Positions 29,731 to 39,364 are shown, counted from the first letter of the stretch. The stretch is 64,000 nucleotides of DNA from an uncultured Verrucomicrobiae bacterium (GCA_963817685.1 CAWFPN010000010.1:450852-514851), one strand, 5' to 3'. The notes: generated from the sequence alone by a model not told the origin. Made by a program: numbers and translations.

Positions 29731-29875
29731 AAGCGATGTGGCCGTGCGTGATGTGCACGCGACGACATCGCCAGCGAATCAGATAGCCTCTGCCAGAGCA
29801 AAGTCTTGGCGCTTTGCAGGCGGCGGCGAGGGGAGCAGGGACGCCGAAGCGGCAAAGGCCAAGTCTTTGAACGGC
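29731..29875 (+). repeat. Structured ~145-bp repeat, copy B
   Basis: aagCGATGTGGCCG-[inner hairpin cgtgc/gcacg]-CGACGACATCG...CAAAGTCTTGGCGCTTTGCAGGCGG...gccgaagcgg...CCAAGTCTTTGA. Confidence 0.65.
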
Positions 29876-29916
29876 TCTCCGATTAAGAAAATAGTAGTGA
29901 GCGGCTATTTTTCCTG

Positions 29917-30252
29917 TCATGCGATCCGATTGATAAGGTTGTCGTAGAGCGAGCCATGCGGGTCAATAATGATGAGGGCACCGTATTTGTTTTCGTGCCA
30001 TTTTTTGATGTCCTGACAGATGAGGGTCTCCAGTATTTTCGATTTCCCGGTGCTGGCGGCACCGCAGATGTAGAGATGCGTCAAACGCATTTTGCCCTTG
30101 CGGATCACCTGCATGCCTTTCTGGCCGGCGGTGATGCCGTTGCGGTAGCTTTCCAAGACTTTCTCGGAAACCCAGCGCTCGATGGACGCGGTGTCCGCAC
30201 CGCTGTCGAGCTTCTCTGCGAACTCGACTTCGAACTGTTCAATGTATGACAT
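29917..30252 (-). pseudogene. Truncated P-loop NTPase (HerA/DUF87-like N-terminal fragment)
   Basis: 111 aa with Walker A ..CGAASTGKSK.. and ..ALIIIDPHGSLYDNL... The ORF stops just before the repeat array, far short of a full ATPase domain. Confidence 0.5.
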
Positions 30253-30488
30253 GTTCGTTTGTAGTTGGCTGATAAGGCGACCTTGTGCGTGCGGTTGTGA
30301 GCCGTCCGCACTCTTGACGCACCGTCCGCAGTCAAGGTGAATGCCTTGACCGGGACGGTATAATGAAAAGAGAGCGCGGCGAACGCCTTGCGAGGGGAGC
30401 GGATACTCCCGATTTTAAGTGTAACTAAGGTTGAATCGACCAACCCGGTTTTAACCTTGCAGAGATTGAACTATTCTGCTTTCTTCAC

Positions 30489-30839
30489 TTGATGGCAGAT
30501 CGCACAGTGCGAGATGTAATTGACCAAGCGATTCAAGAGAATCGCTTCGGGGAGCGGCTGCTATACGTTTTCGCATGTGGCATGTTCGGCGTTGGTATCG
30601 CGCTTATCATCCACGGGATGATTGTTGGTTCGACTACTCAAACAGTTGTTGGTGCTATAGGCACTTCAACCTTCATCCCAGCTGTGCATGTGGCGCAAAA
30701 GCTTAGACAGCAAAACATGTCCGTTCGACTACTTGAGGCTGCGTTGATGAGAGCAGACACTGCAAAAGACGCTGCTCAAGCCATTCGCGCTGCATTTACT
30801 GAACTTTTTACAAAAAACGGCGGCGCAGGCAAGAAATGA
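30489..30839 (+). CDS. Small membrane protein (2 predicted TM helices), unknown function
   Basis: 116 aa with hydrophobic segments LLYVFACGMFGVGIALIIHGMIV and TVVGAIGTSTFIPAV. Its stop overlaps the permease ATG (ATGA). Confidence 0.5.
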   Translation: MMADRTVRDVIDQAIQENRFGERLLYVFACGMFGVGIALIIHGMIVGSTTQTVVGAIGTSTFIPAVHVAQKLRQQNMSVRLLEAALMRADTAKDAAQAIRAAFTELFTKNGGAGKK

Positions 30840-32932
30840 TTTTCCGAAGACGCACGTTTAAGTCTGTTGCCAAGGACCTAGTTTCTGGTCTTGAAAACGG
30901 CACTATATCCCTGACCCGATCAACAACTGCTCCAGTCAAGCAGCCTGACGCGATGTCAGCAACCTTAGCGCCCAGACAGCCACCCACGGCAACGTTGGGG
31001 GCGACGGGGCTGGCATCAAATGCGATGGCGCTGATCGCGCCGGGCACGTTCTTGTGGTTGACCTTTCAAATCCAATCGCTGTATGGCACACCCATGGCAG
31101 GCTGTGCGATGTGGTTCGGCTTGTTGTGCGCGCTATTGCTGTGCTTCGCGACGGCGATCAGTTACTCCGAGCTATCCAAGCTGTTCCCGGTAGCCGGGTC
31201 TTCGTACCTCTACGCCGAGCAGGCGTTCCTGTCCAAGACGCACGCGTATAAGTTCGCCCGGCTCGTCAAGTTCACCACAGGGTGGGCTACCCCTCTGTAC
31301 TACTGGGTCTACCCCGGCTTGATGGTGGGCGTGACGGCGATTTTAGCTGGTTATCTGGCCAGCCAGTTCTGGCCGAACACATTCAGCGGGACATACAATA
31401 GTCCGCTGTTTATGTATCTTTTCTGCGCCGTGTTCGCATTGCTGTTAGGCTACATCGCCTACCGAGGCGTCTATGGTAGCACCGCCATTAATCTAGCGAT
31501 CAACACCATCCAGATCACGGCGTTGATCGTGTTCGCGGTGATGGCCATTGGATATCGCCTACATCACCCGCAAGGCTCGGTCGGCTATCACTTGTCGGGC
31601 GGAACGCCGGTCGATTATCAGGTTGATCAAGTCAATCAGACTGACGACAAGGGTAAACCGGTGCAAGCCACCTGGGCTGACAATTCACCGAAGACCGACG
31701 ACAACGGCCAGCCGGTCTACAAGAGGAAAGATCGTACCGTTACCAAAGACGACCTGGCCAACAAAGACATTCCGCTTCCCGCCGGGCTGAGAGAGGGCGA
31801 CCCATATCCACTGTTGCAGAAGGACGACAATGGCAAGTTGGTTTTGGACAAGGATGGCAAGGGGATTCCAGTGCCGTTCACATTGAGTTGCAAGCCCGAG
31901 GACGCAGTCACCGGGAATCCGGGCGACGCCCGGGACCCTGAAACCTTCAACTTCCATAGCAGCACCGACTCGGTGGTCGCCCCGCACGGATTCAACTTCG
32001 TCTTCATTCAGGCGTGCGTCGCCATTCTGCTGCTGGTCGGGTTCGAGTCGGTCACCGCGATGGGTGAGGAGGCCAAGAACCCCAAGGAGGACATCGGACG
32101 GGCCGTCTTGTTGTCCTTGGCGATCCAGGGCGCGTGCTGTTACCTGTTCGAGTATTTCGCGGCGAACTACTTCCTGAATAGCGGCTTTACCATGTCCAAT
32201 GCGGGCGCTTCCGGTGCGCCCATCGGCAACATGTTGGTCATCGTCGGCACGTGGCTGTTTGGCAGCTATTCGGCAGGTCGGGCATTCATGCTCGTACAGG
32301 CGTTCACGGTGTTCCTAGGGCTGATTGGCATGACGTTGTCCTGCCTCAGCACTAGTGCGCGCGTGACGTACACGATGGGCCGGGATGAAGAAGTGCCGTC
32401 GCACTTCGGCCTGTTGCACGGCAAGACGTTGTCGCCCTACCGCACCATCTGGACGCTGTCGATCCTTTCAATCTTCATCGGGATCGTGACGGTGAGCGTT
32501 TATTTGGGCGGGCAACGTTCGGATATGCCGCCCTTGGAAGTGCACAACTTCTGGTACGGCTTCGGCATTTTTTCGCCGCATGCTTACACTTGGTTGCCGA
32601 ATACGCTCGTCATTGTAACGCTGATCACCAGCTTCGGGATATTTATGCGCTACATGATGACCTGCTGGATCGCCATGGTGGCGTTCAAGGAACATCATAT
32701 CTTCAGCGGGGTGAAGCACGTGCTGGTCCCGTTGTTCGGCCTGCTGGCGAACCTCTGCTGCATGCTGTTCTACCTGATCGGGCCGTTCACGGTCGATGGC
32801 ATGAGTTGGCATGAACCTTACATTGTGCTGGCTGTGGCCCTGGCTGTGGCCGCCCTTTTGGGAGTTTCTTACTATCGTCGTCAAAACGCTCAAGAAAGCC
32901 AAGTGTTACTCGCGAGACAACGGGCTAGCTGA
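30836..32932 (+). CDS. APC-superfamily amino-acid/polyamine permease with large hydrophilic insertion
   Basis: Has ..ISYSELSKLFPVAGSSYLYAEQAF.. and about 12 hydrophobic helices. A ~140-aa hydrophilic loop (aa ~243-385) interrupts the helices. The true start may be an internal Met (MSATLAP.. or MALIAPG..). Confidence 0.8.
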   Translation: MIFRRRTFKSVAKDLVSGLENGTISLTRSTTAPVKQPDAMSATLAPRQPPTATLGATGLASNAMALIAPGTFLWLTFQIQSLYGTPMAGCAMWFGLLCALLLCFATAISYSELSKLFPVAGSSYLYAEQAFLSKTHAYKFARLVKFTTGWATPLYYWVYPGLMVGVTAILAGYLASQFWPNTFSGTYNSPLFMYLFCAVFALLLGYIAYRGVYGSTAINLAINTIQITALIVFAVMAIGYRLHHPQGSVGYHLSGGTPVDYQVDQVNQTDDKGKPVQATWADNSPKTDDNGQPVYKRKDRTVTKDDLANKDIPLPAGLREGDPYPLLQKDDNGKLVLDKDGKGIPVPFTLSCKPEDAVTGNPGDARDPETFNFHSSTDSVVAPHGFNFVFIQACVAILLLVGFESVTAMGEEAKNPKEDIGRAVLLSLAIQGACCYLFEYFAANYFLNSGFTMSNAGASGAPIGNMLVIVGTWLFGSYSAGRAFMLVQAFTVFLGLIGMTLSCLSTSARVTYTMGRDEEVPSHFGLLHGKTLSPYRTIWTLSILSIFIGIVTVSVYLGGQRSDMPPLEVHNFWYGFGIFSPHAYTWLPNTLVIVTLITSFGIFMRYMMTCWIAMVAFKEHHIFSGVKHVLVPLFGLLANLCCMLFYLIGPFTVDGMSWHEPYIVLAVALAVAALLGVSYYRRQNAQESQVLLARQRAS

Positions 32933-33044
32933 GGATCGGGAGGCGTGTTCCTGCATGGGACAGTTGTTCGGGTGTCAAATTGAATCCGTTGGCCTTGACG
33001 AATATCTTGAGGGACATATACTACTGCCAGCTTAACGAGCCATT

Positions 33045-33251
33045 ATGAGCAAACATTATCCAAAAGGTCTTGATGGCCGCGAGCGCGACAGAGATGGCCA
33101 GATTCGCGAAAAGCGGGGCGACACTCGTGTCGCCACATTGCGCAAGGAATACGGCGACAATTTCGCGAAGGGCTATCGTTCAGACACCAAACTCGAAACC
33201 GTGCGAGATGAGACGGGAAAGAGTTTGAGCGAGCTCGTCAAAAAGAAATAG
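33045..33251 (+). CDS. Small basic/acidic hypothetical protein (68 aa)
   Basis: ORF with coding-like codon usage (MSKHYPKGLDGRERDRDGQIREKRGDTRVATLRKEYGDNFAKGY...). No recognisable family and a weak RBS. Confidence 0.35.
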   Translation: MSKHYPKGLDGRERDRDGQIREKRGDTRVATLRKEYGDNFAKGYRSDTKLETVRDETGKSLSELVKKK

Positions 33252-33462
33252 GGCTGGCGTCTTCGCTTGGGAAGCCTCCCCCCCTGCACAAAGCGATCCA
33301 TGAAGAGTTTTGCGTTGGGGAGTTTGGGACCCTTTCCTTGCCACCAGAATCGCGGCTTGGGGCGAAATCGGTTGCGAGATTGTCCGTGCGGCCTCGAACG
33401 GCCGTCCGGTAGAGCGGACGCCGAAGAAATATTGTTTCTGAGTCGCTGTTGACCAACATGGA

Positions 33463-33610
33463 GAGTGATGTGGCCGAGAGAAGCCATGGCTCGGAGCGGC
33501 GACATCGTTGCGTGGTACGGTCGCCAAAGGCAAAGCCAAAGTCTCTGGGTTTTGACGCGAGGCACCGCACGGAGCGGTTCGAAGCAAAAAACCTCAGAGT
33601 CTTTGGCTGC
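33463..33610 (+). repeat. Structured ~145-bp repeat, copy C
   Basis: gagTGATGTGGCCG-[inner hairpin ccgag/ctcgg]-CGGCGACATCG...CCAAAGTCTCTGGGTTTTGACGCG...ggagcgg...CAGAGTCTTTGG. Same orientation as copies A and B. Confidence 0.65.
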
Positions 33611-33634
33611 CCAACCGACTGGTTTTGGTGGCGG

Positions 33635-34045
33635 TCAGACCCGTGCGCCTGCGACTGACTGCGTTTGGCGCGGCGTGATGCTGCGCATCGTCCGGCTGGC
33701 GATGGAGACCATTACCTTTTCGCGTTGATCTTCCGGCAGGTGCTTCACTAGGGTTTCGTACGCCTGCTTGAGTTCGGGGTTCTGCTCCAGCTTGCGCAGA
33801 ATGCCGTCCTTCATCTTTTGTTGCCGGTCGAGCTTGTTCACCTCGCTCAGAACGAGCGCGCGCTCCAGTCGCTCGCGTGGCATGGACTGGATGTAGCCCC
33901 AGTGCTTGGGGTTGTTCTTGATGTACTCGTCGATTCGGGCGTTGACCTTCGGGTTGTCCCGGTATTGGCCGGGCTGTTCAGTGGACTCATCTTGAGTCTT
34001 GGCTTTGCCTTTGAGCATTTGCTCTCTCCTCTGGGGATTATTCAT
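33635..34045 (-). CDS. Hypothetical ICE protein (136 aa), last gene of the T4SS block
   Basis: Charged helical protein (..NPKVNARIDEYIKNNPKHWGYIQSMPRERLERALVLSEVNKLDRQQKMKDGILRKLEQNPELKQAYE..). No family recognised. Confidence 0.5.
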   Translation of the reverse strand: MNNPQRREQMLKGKAKTQDESTEQPGQYRDNPKVNARIDEYIKNNPKHWGYIQSMPRERLERALVLSEVNKLDRQQKMKDGILRKLEQNPELKQAYETLVKHLPEDQREKVMVSIASRTMRSITPRQTQSVAGARV

Positions 34046-34057
34046 GTGGGTGAATGT

Positions 34058-34652
34058 TCACCAGTTTGGGTTTGAGGTTTCAGGTGTCCCGCTGGATGCG
34101 GGACTTTCCTTTTGCTGGTTGCGGATTTCCGTTTCCAACAAATCGAGACGCTGTTTGGTCAGGTCCAACTCCGTTTTGAGTTGGCGATTCTGCTCGGCAA
34201 CCTGCTTGCTCGCGTCCAAAGCAGTCGAAATCTGCGTAAGCGTATCGTTCAGCCGCCTCCCCTGCTCGATGACGGTCTGCGTGGCTGCCTTTTGCCGGTT
34301 GACCTCCGCGATGACTTCCGGCGTGGTCGGTCCGTCTTTGTAGGCCGGATCGATGATCTGCACTGCCGGCCCCAACGCGACGGTGGCCGGCGCGTTGGGG
34401 CGCAAGTTCCACTTGGCTGTGGTTTCCACACGGTAAACGACGTGGCGTTCGTGCATGACGAACGGCATTGTTCGGGTCAACGTACCGGCCGACGTTGTAC
34501 GCCTTGATGTTTTCGGAGTACCGCACCGACTCGATGTCGTCGCTGGGCAGAGTCGTTCCGGGAACTGGGCGCGACATGTTGAGCAGGCTCAGGTTGCGGT
34601 TCGATGCGCAAGCGGAGAGGAATAGCAGAGGGATCAGGTAGATGGTTTTCAT
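34058..34652 (-). pseudogene. T4SS-associated lipoprotein with coiled-coil C-terminus, apparently frameshifted
   Basis: Lipobox MKTIYLIPLLFLSAC...GRYVDPNN is in one frame (34080..34652 ORF). The sequence continues as MPFVMHERHVVYRVETTAKWNL... in the other (34058..34480 ORF). The junction is near 34465-34485. Confidence 0.55.
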
Positions 34653-35689
34653 GGCTCGTTGCGATGTGAAAGGCGGGGTACGATGGTTGGTGTTGACTGG
34701 TCGGTTTCGGTCGCCAGGAGTCGTGTGCCGCCGACGACTGCGTCGGACTTGTCGATGGTCTGTGTGACGTATAGGTAGAATTCTTTCCCGGCCGGCACGC
34801 GCACGTAGAATCCGTCGCGTTGGATGCTATCGAGGATTTGTTGCGCATAGGTGCCTAGGACATCCTGTGCCCCTTGCAACGGCGCATTTTGGAGTGTAGG
34901 CAACAGTTCTGTACCAACGACCGTCTGCCTCGTTTGAGTCATTGCGGAAGCAGCCCCGCTCAGGAGGGTGGCCGCGAAAAGTTTGATCTCGGCCAAGTTG
35001 TCGGTCTTTAATAGCTGCCCCCGCAAGCCGGCGCTGCCATCAGTGATGCCCCACCCTTCGCCGTCAGGGTCTTTCTCGCGGTCGAGAGCGATGCCCTGCA
35101 AATGGAGTTCCTCGCCAGTTTGCCACACCAAAGTCCAGCCGCCGTTACTGGCGATGCGTTCGCGTTTCCGATCGGCCTGGGCTGTCCCATGGACTTCAGT
35201 CCCGGCAGGGATAATGAGCCGGCCATCGTGGTAAACGTCGTCGGTGACCAACGCGATAATCGGCGTTTGGATCGAAGATGAGTCAACGGTCACGATGAGT
35301 TCGCATGAAATCAGCCGTCCGTAGGGCGCGTAGAATTTGCTCAGCGGCTTGTGCTCGGGCTCGGACGAGGGTGGTTCGGTGTAGAGACTGATGGGCGTGA
35401 AGCCCTCGTTGATTTGCTGCGCCTGCGCGCCGGTTGTTTGCGCAATCATGCCGGCGGCAGTGGTGCGAGGGGGCTTGAAGGGGACGATCTCCCGCTGGAT
35501 CGTCTGAAGAATCTGGGATGTTCTGTTGGTGTTATCAGCTAGCGTTGGCAAGGCAACCGTCTTTGGCTTGCCCTTGTTGGGGTCGTAGAACCCTTTGACG
35601 AATACAAGCGCGAAGATCAGCAGAACCACGAATGAGAGGACCACGCCGGTCGGGCTGCGCAAGAATGTGATGGCGTTGCGCGGGTTCAT
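34649..35689 (-). CDS. VirB10/TrbI-like T4SS protein
   Basis: N-terminal TM helix (VVLSFVVLLIFALVFV) and a Pro-rich linker. The C-terminal beta-barrel region reads ..LIIPAGTEVHGTAQ...GGWTLVWQ...GWGITDGSAGLRGQL... Confidence 0.6.
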   Translation of the reverse strand: MNPRNAITFLRSPTGVVLSFVVLLIFALVFVKGFYDPNKGKPKTVALPTLADNTNRTSQILQTIQREIVPFKPPRTTAAGMIAQTTGAQAQQINEGFTPISLYTEPPSSEPEHKPLSKFYAPYGRLISCELIVTVDSSSIQTPIIALVTDDVYHDGRLIIPAGTEVHGTAQADRKRERIASNGGWTLVWQTGEELHLQGIALDREKDPDGEGWGITDGSAGLRGQLLKTDNLAEIKLFAATLLSGAASAMTQTRQTVVGTELLPTLQNAPLQGAQDVLGTYAQQILDSIQRDGFYVRVPAGKEFYLYVTQTIDKSDAVVGGTRLLATETDQSTPTIVPRLSHRNEP

Positions 35690-36591
35690 TCTGACGATTT
35701 CCGTTCTGGCTGCACCAGTTGTAGCGGTGGTGCGTTCGTCTCGATGCGGTCGAGAAGCACAATGAAGTCGTTCTTCAGAGACAGGTCGTTGCGTCCGCCG
35801 TTAGGTGTTCCGGTTATGGCAAAGTAGGCGGGCGCTTCGCCGTTTGGCGGGATCGTGCCGCTAGCGTCGCTGATGGACTGCGGATAGGTGCGTTCACCGA
35901 CGCGGAGCGAAAAGCCGTCTGGCCCGTACTGAATGGGCTGGTTGGTCTTGTTGCGTAGCAGAATCCGAAAGATGAGCGTATCCTCGGGGTCGAACCGGAA
36001 AACCTCGTCGAGTTGAATCTCGTAATCCCTGAAGTCCAGGACTCGCGGGGTCTTGCTGAAGTTGATGTAGTCGACCTGGGCAACCGCGTCCGCGTGGTAC
36101 TCCTTGAGAAGCGGGTAGGCTTTCGCCTTGTCCAAGAGCGCTAGCAGCCGGTCCGGCGTGATGCGGTTTGAGCTGGGGTGGAAGTCGGCCTCGGTATCGG
36201 CGTCGGTGTCGTACTCAAAGATCACGGAGTAGAGCGGTGAGGGACTCTCAACCAATTCGATCGCGTAGGTTTTCTCGTTCCACCGAATGTTCATGTTGGT
36301 CGTGGCCCTTTCGACCAGCGCCCTCACGGACAGGAAGTATGAGCCTTTCGCGTGGGCGATTTGAAACAGTCCGGGGACTTTGGGGTCGCTGGTGACGTTA
36401 GCCGCATCAATTGCCGAGATTGGACCGGGGAAGCTGATGGTTGTCACGCGGCTGCGGGATACCGGGATTGCGTACACTGTGTGTTCGTCCAAGCGATATT
36501 CCGCAATGGGGCTGGCGTCCTTTGCGAAGCTTGACTGAAGGCAAACCAGAAGCATCGACGCGATGTGGATATGTTTAAGGAGACGTTTCAT
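35686..36591 (-). CDS. VirB9/TrbG(CagX)-like T4SS protein
   Basis: Signal peptide, then ..HTVYAIPVSRSRVTTISFPGPISAIDAANV...YFLSVRALVERATTNMNIRWNEKTYAIELVES... Position is between the VirB8-like and VirB10-like genes, with 4-nt overlaps. Confidence 0.55.
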   Translation of the reverse strand: MKRLLKHIHIASMLLVCLQSSFAKDASPIAEYRLDEHTVYAIPVSRSRVTTISFPGPISAIDAANVTSDPKVPGLFQIAHAKGSYFLSVRALVERATTNMNIRWNEKTYAIELVESPSPLYSVIFEYDTDADTEADFHPSSNRITPDRLLALLDKAKAYPLLKEYHADAVAQVDYINFSKTPRVLDFRDYEIQLDEVFRFDPEDTLIFRILLRNKTNQPIQYGPDGFSLRVGERTYPQSISDASGTIPPNGEAPAYFAITGTPNGGRNDLSLKNDFIVLLDRIETNAPPLQLVQPERKSSE

Positions 36592-37315
36592 ATTTGAAAT
36601 CGAACACAGCGGTCGGGAATCGTCCGTTCTGGACCATGTTGGGGTTGCGCTGGAACTTGAAGGCGAGCGTGAACGGGACAGCTTCGGCGAAGGCTCTGTC
36701 CTCGAAAATCCCGGTGCGAACGAGTTGCCCGGTCACCTGGGTCAGGACGAAGTTCTCGCGGGTCTGGAGGATCGTGATCTTGGCAATCTCGGCTTTCTGA
36801 TGCAATTGCTTCGCGGCAAACTCCGCTTCTTCCGAAGCGCGTTCAGCCTTGGCTTTGACCAGAGCATTCTTCAAGAACATCTGCTTCAGCAGGTCATCAT
36901 GGTCAAAGCCTTTGGGGTTGCGCTCCAGGAAGGCGACGGTGGCCAGTGTGCTTTGCTCCGCGTGGAGGTCTTTGGCTTCCTCGAATTTCAGGAGCGGCGC
37001 GACATGGTATGTGCCGGATGGATCAAGGATGACCACGCGCTCGCGTTGTTTGAACGTCTGCACCAGAATGAAACGGTCAACTGCCGCTGCTACAAGAATC
37101 AGTCCGGCAACGATGAACCAGAACCACGCGAGCCGGTCGCGATCGACGAAGATGCGGGTCGGATCGAACTTCTTGCGGGAGAGATTGGGGCGCTCGGTTT
37201 TCGGCACTGGAGTTTCTCGGAGTGTTGTCTCGGTTGCGTTCATGTTCGATGGGTTGTGGGGGTTCTTGGTCTTGCGCAGCAAGGCTTGCACGGCGTTGTC
37301 GCCGCTCACGTCCAT
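36575..37315 (-). CDS. VirB8-like T4SS protein (bitopic, NTF2-like C-domain)
   Basis: Single TM helix LAWFWFIVAGLILVAAAV followed by a ~170-aa periplasmic domain. The start is uncertain: ATG 37315, ATG 37243 or GTG 37366. The call rests on gene order and topology. Confidence 0.45.
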   Translation of the reverse strand: MDVSGDNAVQALLRKTKNPHNPSNMNATETTLRETPVPKTERPNLSRKKFDPTRIFVDRDRLAWFWFIVAGLILVAAAVDRFILVQTFKQRERVVILDPSGTYHVAPLLKFEEAKDLHAEQSTLATVAFLERNPKGFDHDDLLKQMFLKNALVKAKAERASEEAEFAAKQLHQKAEIAKITILQTRENFVLTQVTGQLVRTGIFEDRAFAEAVPFTLAFKFQRNPNMVQNGRFPTAVFDFKYETSP

Positions 37316-37359
37316 CGTGGATGGCGTTGGGTGCAGTCGCGCCGTCACTTTCTCGCTTC

Positions 37360-38382
37360 CTAGCACTCGTGTCCGCGTTGTGCATCTGTCCCAAGGCGGT
37401 GATCATCGAGCCCGTCGGCGAGTACGTGCTGCCGCTGAATGACGAACCAACCAGCGTGGCCCCGGCTGCCGTGAGACCGCCGGCGGTGGCCATCGCCGCA
37501 CCGGCCAGACCGCCACCCGTTCCGAACGTGCCGGCCGCAATGAATCCGCCGGCGATGGCGGTGGTCGCGGCGGTTGTCACGCCGCTGATAAGAGCTGCGC
37601 CGGCCTGAATGCCGTGAGTGATGACGCGTTGAATGACGACGGGCGCGGCGATGGTGCTGAAGATCAACCACACGCCGAGCGCCGCGACCCCGATGAAATT
37701 CTGGAAAGCATACCCGGCCGCCCCGCCGAGGGACTGATTCCAAAGAAAACTCTGGTCGGTCATGAAAGTGATCAACCCTCCGGTGACCAGCGATGCCGCG
37801 CCCCACCCCAGCGGCCAGAGCATGACGCCCAACGAGCGAGAGCAGATAGTTCGTGCCGATTTGGTTCAGGGCGCGGATCGCGAGAAACCCAATGAAGATC
37901 GGCGAGAGCGCGTAGCCCAGGTAGAGGATGAACTTCTGGATCAAGTACGCATAAAAAACGATCACACTGGCCAGCAAGCCGAAGATCCAGAGCAGACCCG
38001 AAATAAGCGCCTCGAAGATGGACGTGCCGGCGTTGAACAGTTTCTGCCACCAACTATTTTGAGATGTGGTGGATTTCTGAACCTGCAACGCCTGGTTGTA
38101 TTGCTGGTACACGTTGCTGGGATCGGCCTGAAGAACATTCGTCACTGTGTCGTTTGTGATCTGGGCAATTTGATTGCCCCAATTGACCAACTGCGTAAGC
38201 ACGATGATGTAAACGATGGTGCGGCCCAGTGCTCGCAGGACGGCCTCGGCGCTGTGGGGACCGGCTATCGTGGACGACACCATGCCGGTGACGAGAAACA
38301 GATACGCCACCGGCATCAGCGCCGACTGCAAGGCAGTGCAGCTCGCAGCAAAATTCGGAAAGAGGGTGTCGAAGTTGTTCAT
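37360..38382 (-). pseudogene. VirB6/TrbL-like polytopic membrane protein, apparently frameshifted
   Basis: Frame A gives MNNFDTLFP...IGTNYLLSLVG, then junk. Frame B (ORF 37077..37832) continues VMLWPLGWGAASLVTGGLITF... with more TM helices and a Gly/Ala/Thr-rich tail. The junction is at a GGG run near 37826-37832. The 3' end is also unresolved. Confidence 0.6.
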
Positions 38383-38385
38383 GGG

Positions 38386-38556
38386 CTATCGCTGAGAGAA
38401 CTGCGGCGACAGTGTGTCGAGATTCAGCGTCTTGTTGGGTTGCGTGGCCGGCGATGTGGATCGCCGTTGATTTGCCTGCCGCGCGGTGAGCACGGCGACA
38501 ACCACCGTGAGAATCACGAAAGCGGCAACGCAGACGATGATCAGTTTCTTAATCAT
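38386..38556 (-). CDS. Small single-TM protein (56 aa)
   Basis: An internal ATG at 38556 overlaps the stop of the upstream gene. TM helix: MIKKLIIVCVAAFVILTVVVAVL. Confidence 0.4.
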   Translation of the reverse strand: MIKKLIIVCVAAFVILTVVVAVLTARQANQRRSTSPATQPNKTLNLDTLSPQFSQR

Positions 38557-39361
38557 TGGAGTTGTCCGGGAACGCCGCCGGCTGCGTACTGAGTGTGAGC
38601 GTGTCATTGTACTTCTGGATTCCTTCCGAAAACTCGGCCTGTTGCTCCTCAACCTGCGCCTGCTGCTGCTTGGCCTGATCGTTCTGGTTCTCCGCGTCCT
38701 GGACGATGCTTAGGCTGGCTGCATGGTCGAGTTCCTTGTCGGTGGCAGAGAGTTCAGCGTTCAGTCCAATCAAGATGCCCGTGAGCTTTTGCACCTCCGA
38801 TGCGGTGGTGGCTGCCCGGAGTTGTTCGGTGGTGTTGGCAATGTCTTGCCGAAGCGAGTCGCGGCGGGAGACCACGTCGGCATATACGCTGGTGAAGTTC
38901 TTGGTCGCTTCGTTGATGGCGGCGAATTGACGGTAGAGGGTGGGGTCCCGCGACACCGAATTGCCGTCGGGCGTGGTAAACGTCACCCCCACATCGTGAT
39001 AGAGGCCATTCGCGTCGTATTGCATGGCATCAATCCCCTGGGACAGGTTTTCCAACTGTCCCATCGCCTGACCGACACCGGTATCTTGGAGGTCGGAAAT
39101 CAGGCTCGTGAAGCCAGCCAGGTTGAGGATTTGGGACGGATTACCAAAGACCTGGTTGTACTGTTGAAGCTGCTGCAACTGCGAGGTCATCGTGCTGATC
39201 TGCTGAACCTGGTTGTCGATCATCTGCACGTACTTGGCAATGTTCTCGGCTTCATCAAGAATGCCTTGCGTGTGCAAGGCGGGGTCGTAGACGATGTACT
39301 GGGCGCGGCCTGATGCGGCGCAGAGCAAGCTGACGGCGATAACGGTGAACATTCGTTTCAT
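38549..39361 (-). CDS. VirB5-like secreted helical protein
   Basis: Signal peptide MKRMFTVIAVSLLCAASGRAQ followed by a long helical, Gln-rich protein. Position is between the VirB4-side lipoprotein and the VirB6-like gene. Confidence 0.4.
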   Translation of the reverse strand: MKRMFTVIAVSLLCAASGRAQYIVYDPALHTQGILDEAENIAKYVQMIDNQVQQISTMTSQLQQLQQYNQVFGNPSQILNLAGFTSLISDLQDTGVGQAMGQLENLSQGIDAMQYDANGLYHDVGVTFTTPDGNSVSRDPTLYRQFAAINEATKNFTSVYADVVSRRDSLRQDIANTTEQLRAATTASEVQKLTGILIGLNAELSATDKELDHAASLSIVQDAENQNDQAKQQQAQVEEQQAEFSEGIQKYNDTLTLSTQPAAFPDNSND

Positions 39362-39364
39362 GGC

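Noticed and set aside
29506-29875. CRISPR array, integron attC sites or retron msr/msd for the structured repeats
   Set aside because: There are only two adjacent copies plus one distant copy, about 145 bp each with internal substructure. There are no short regular spacers, and no cas, intI or reverse-transcriptase gene nearby.
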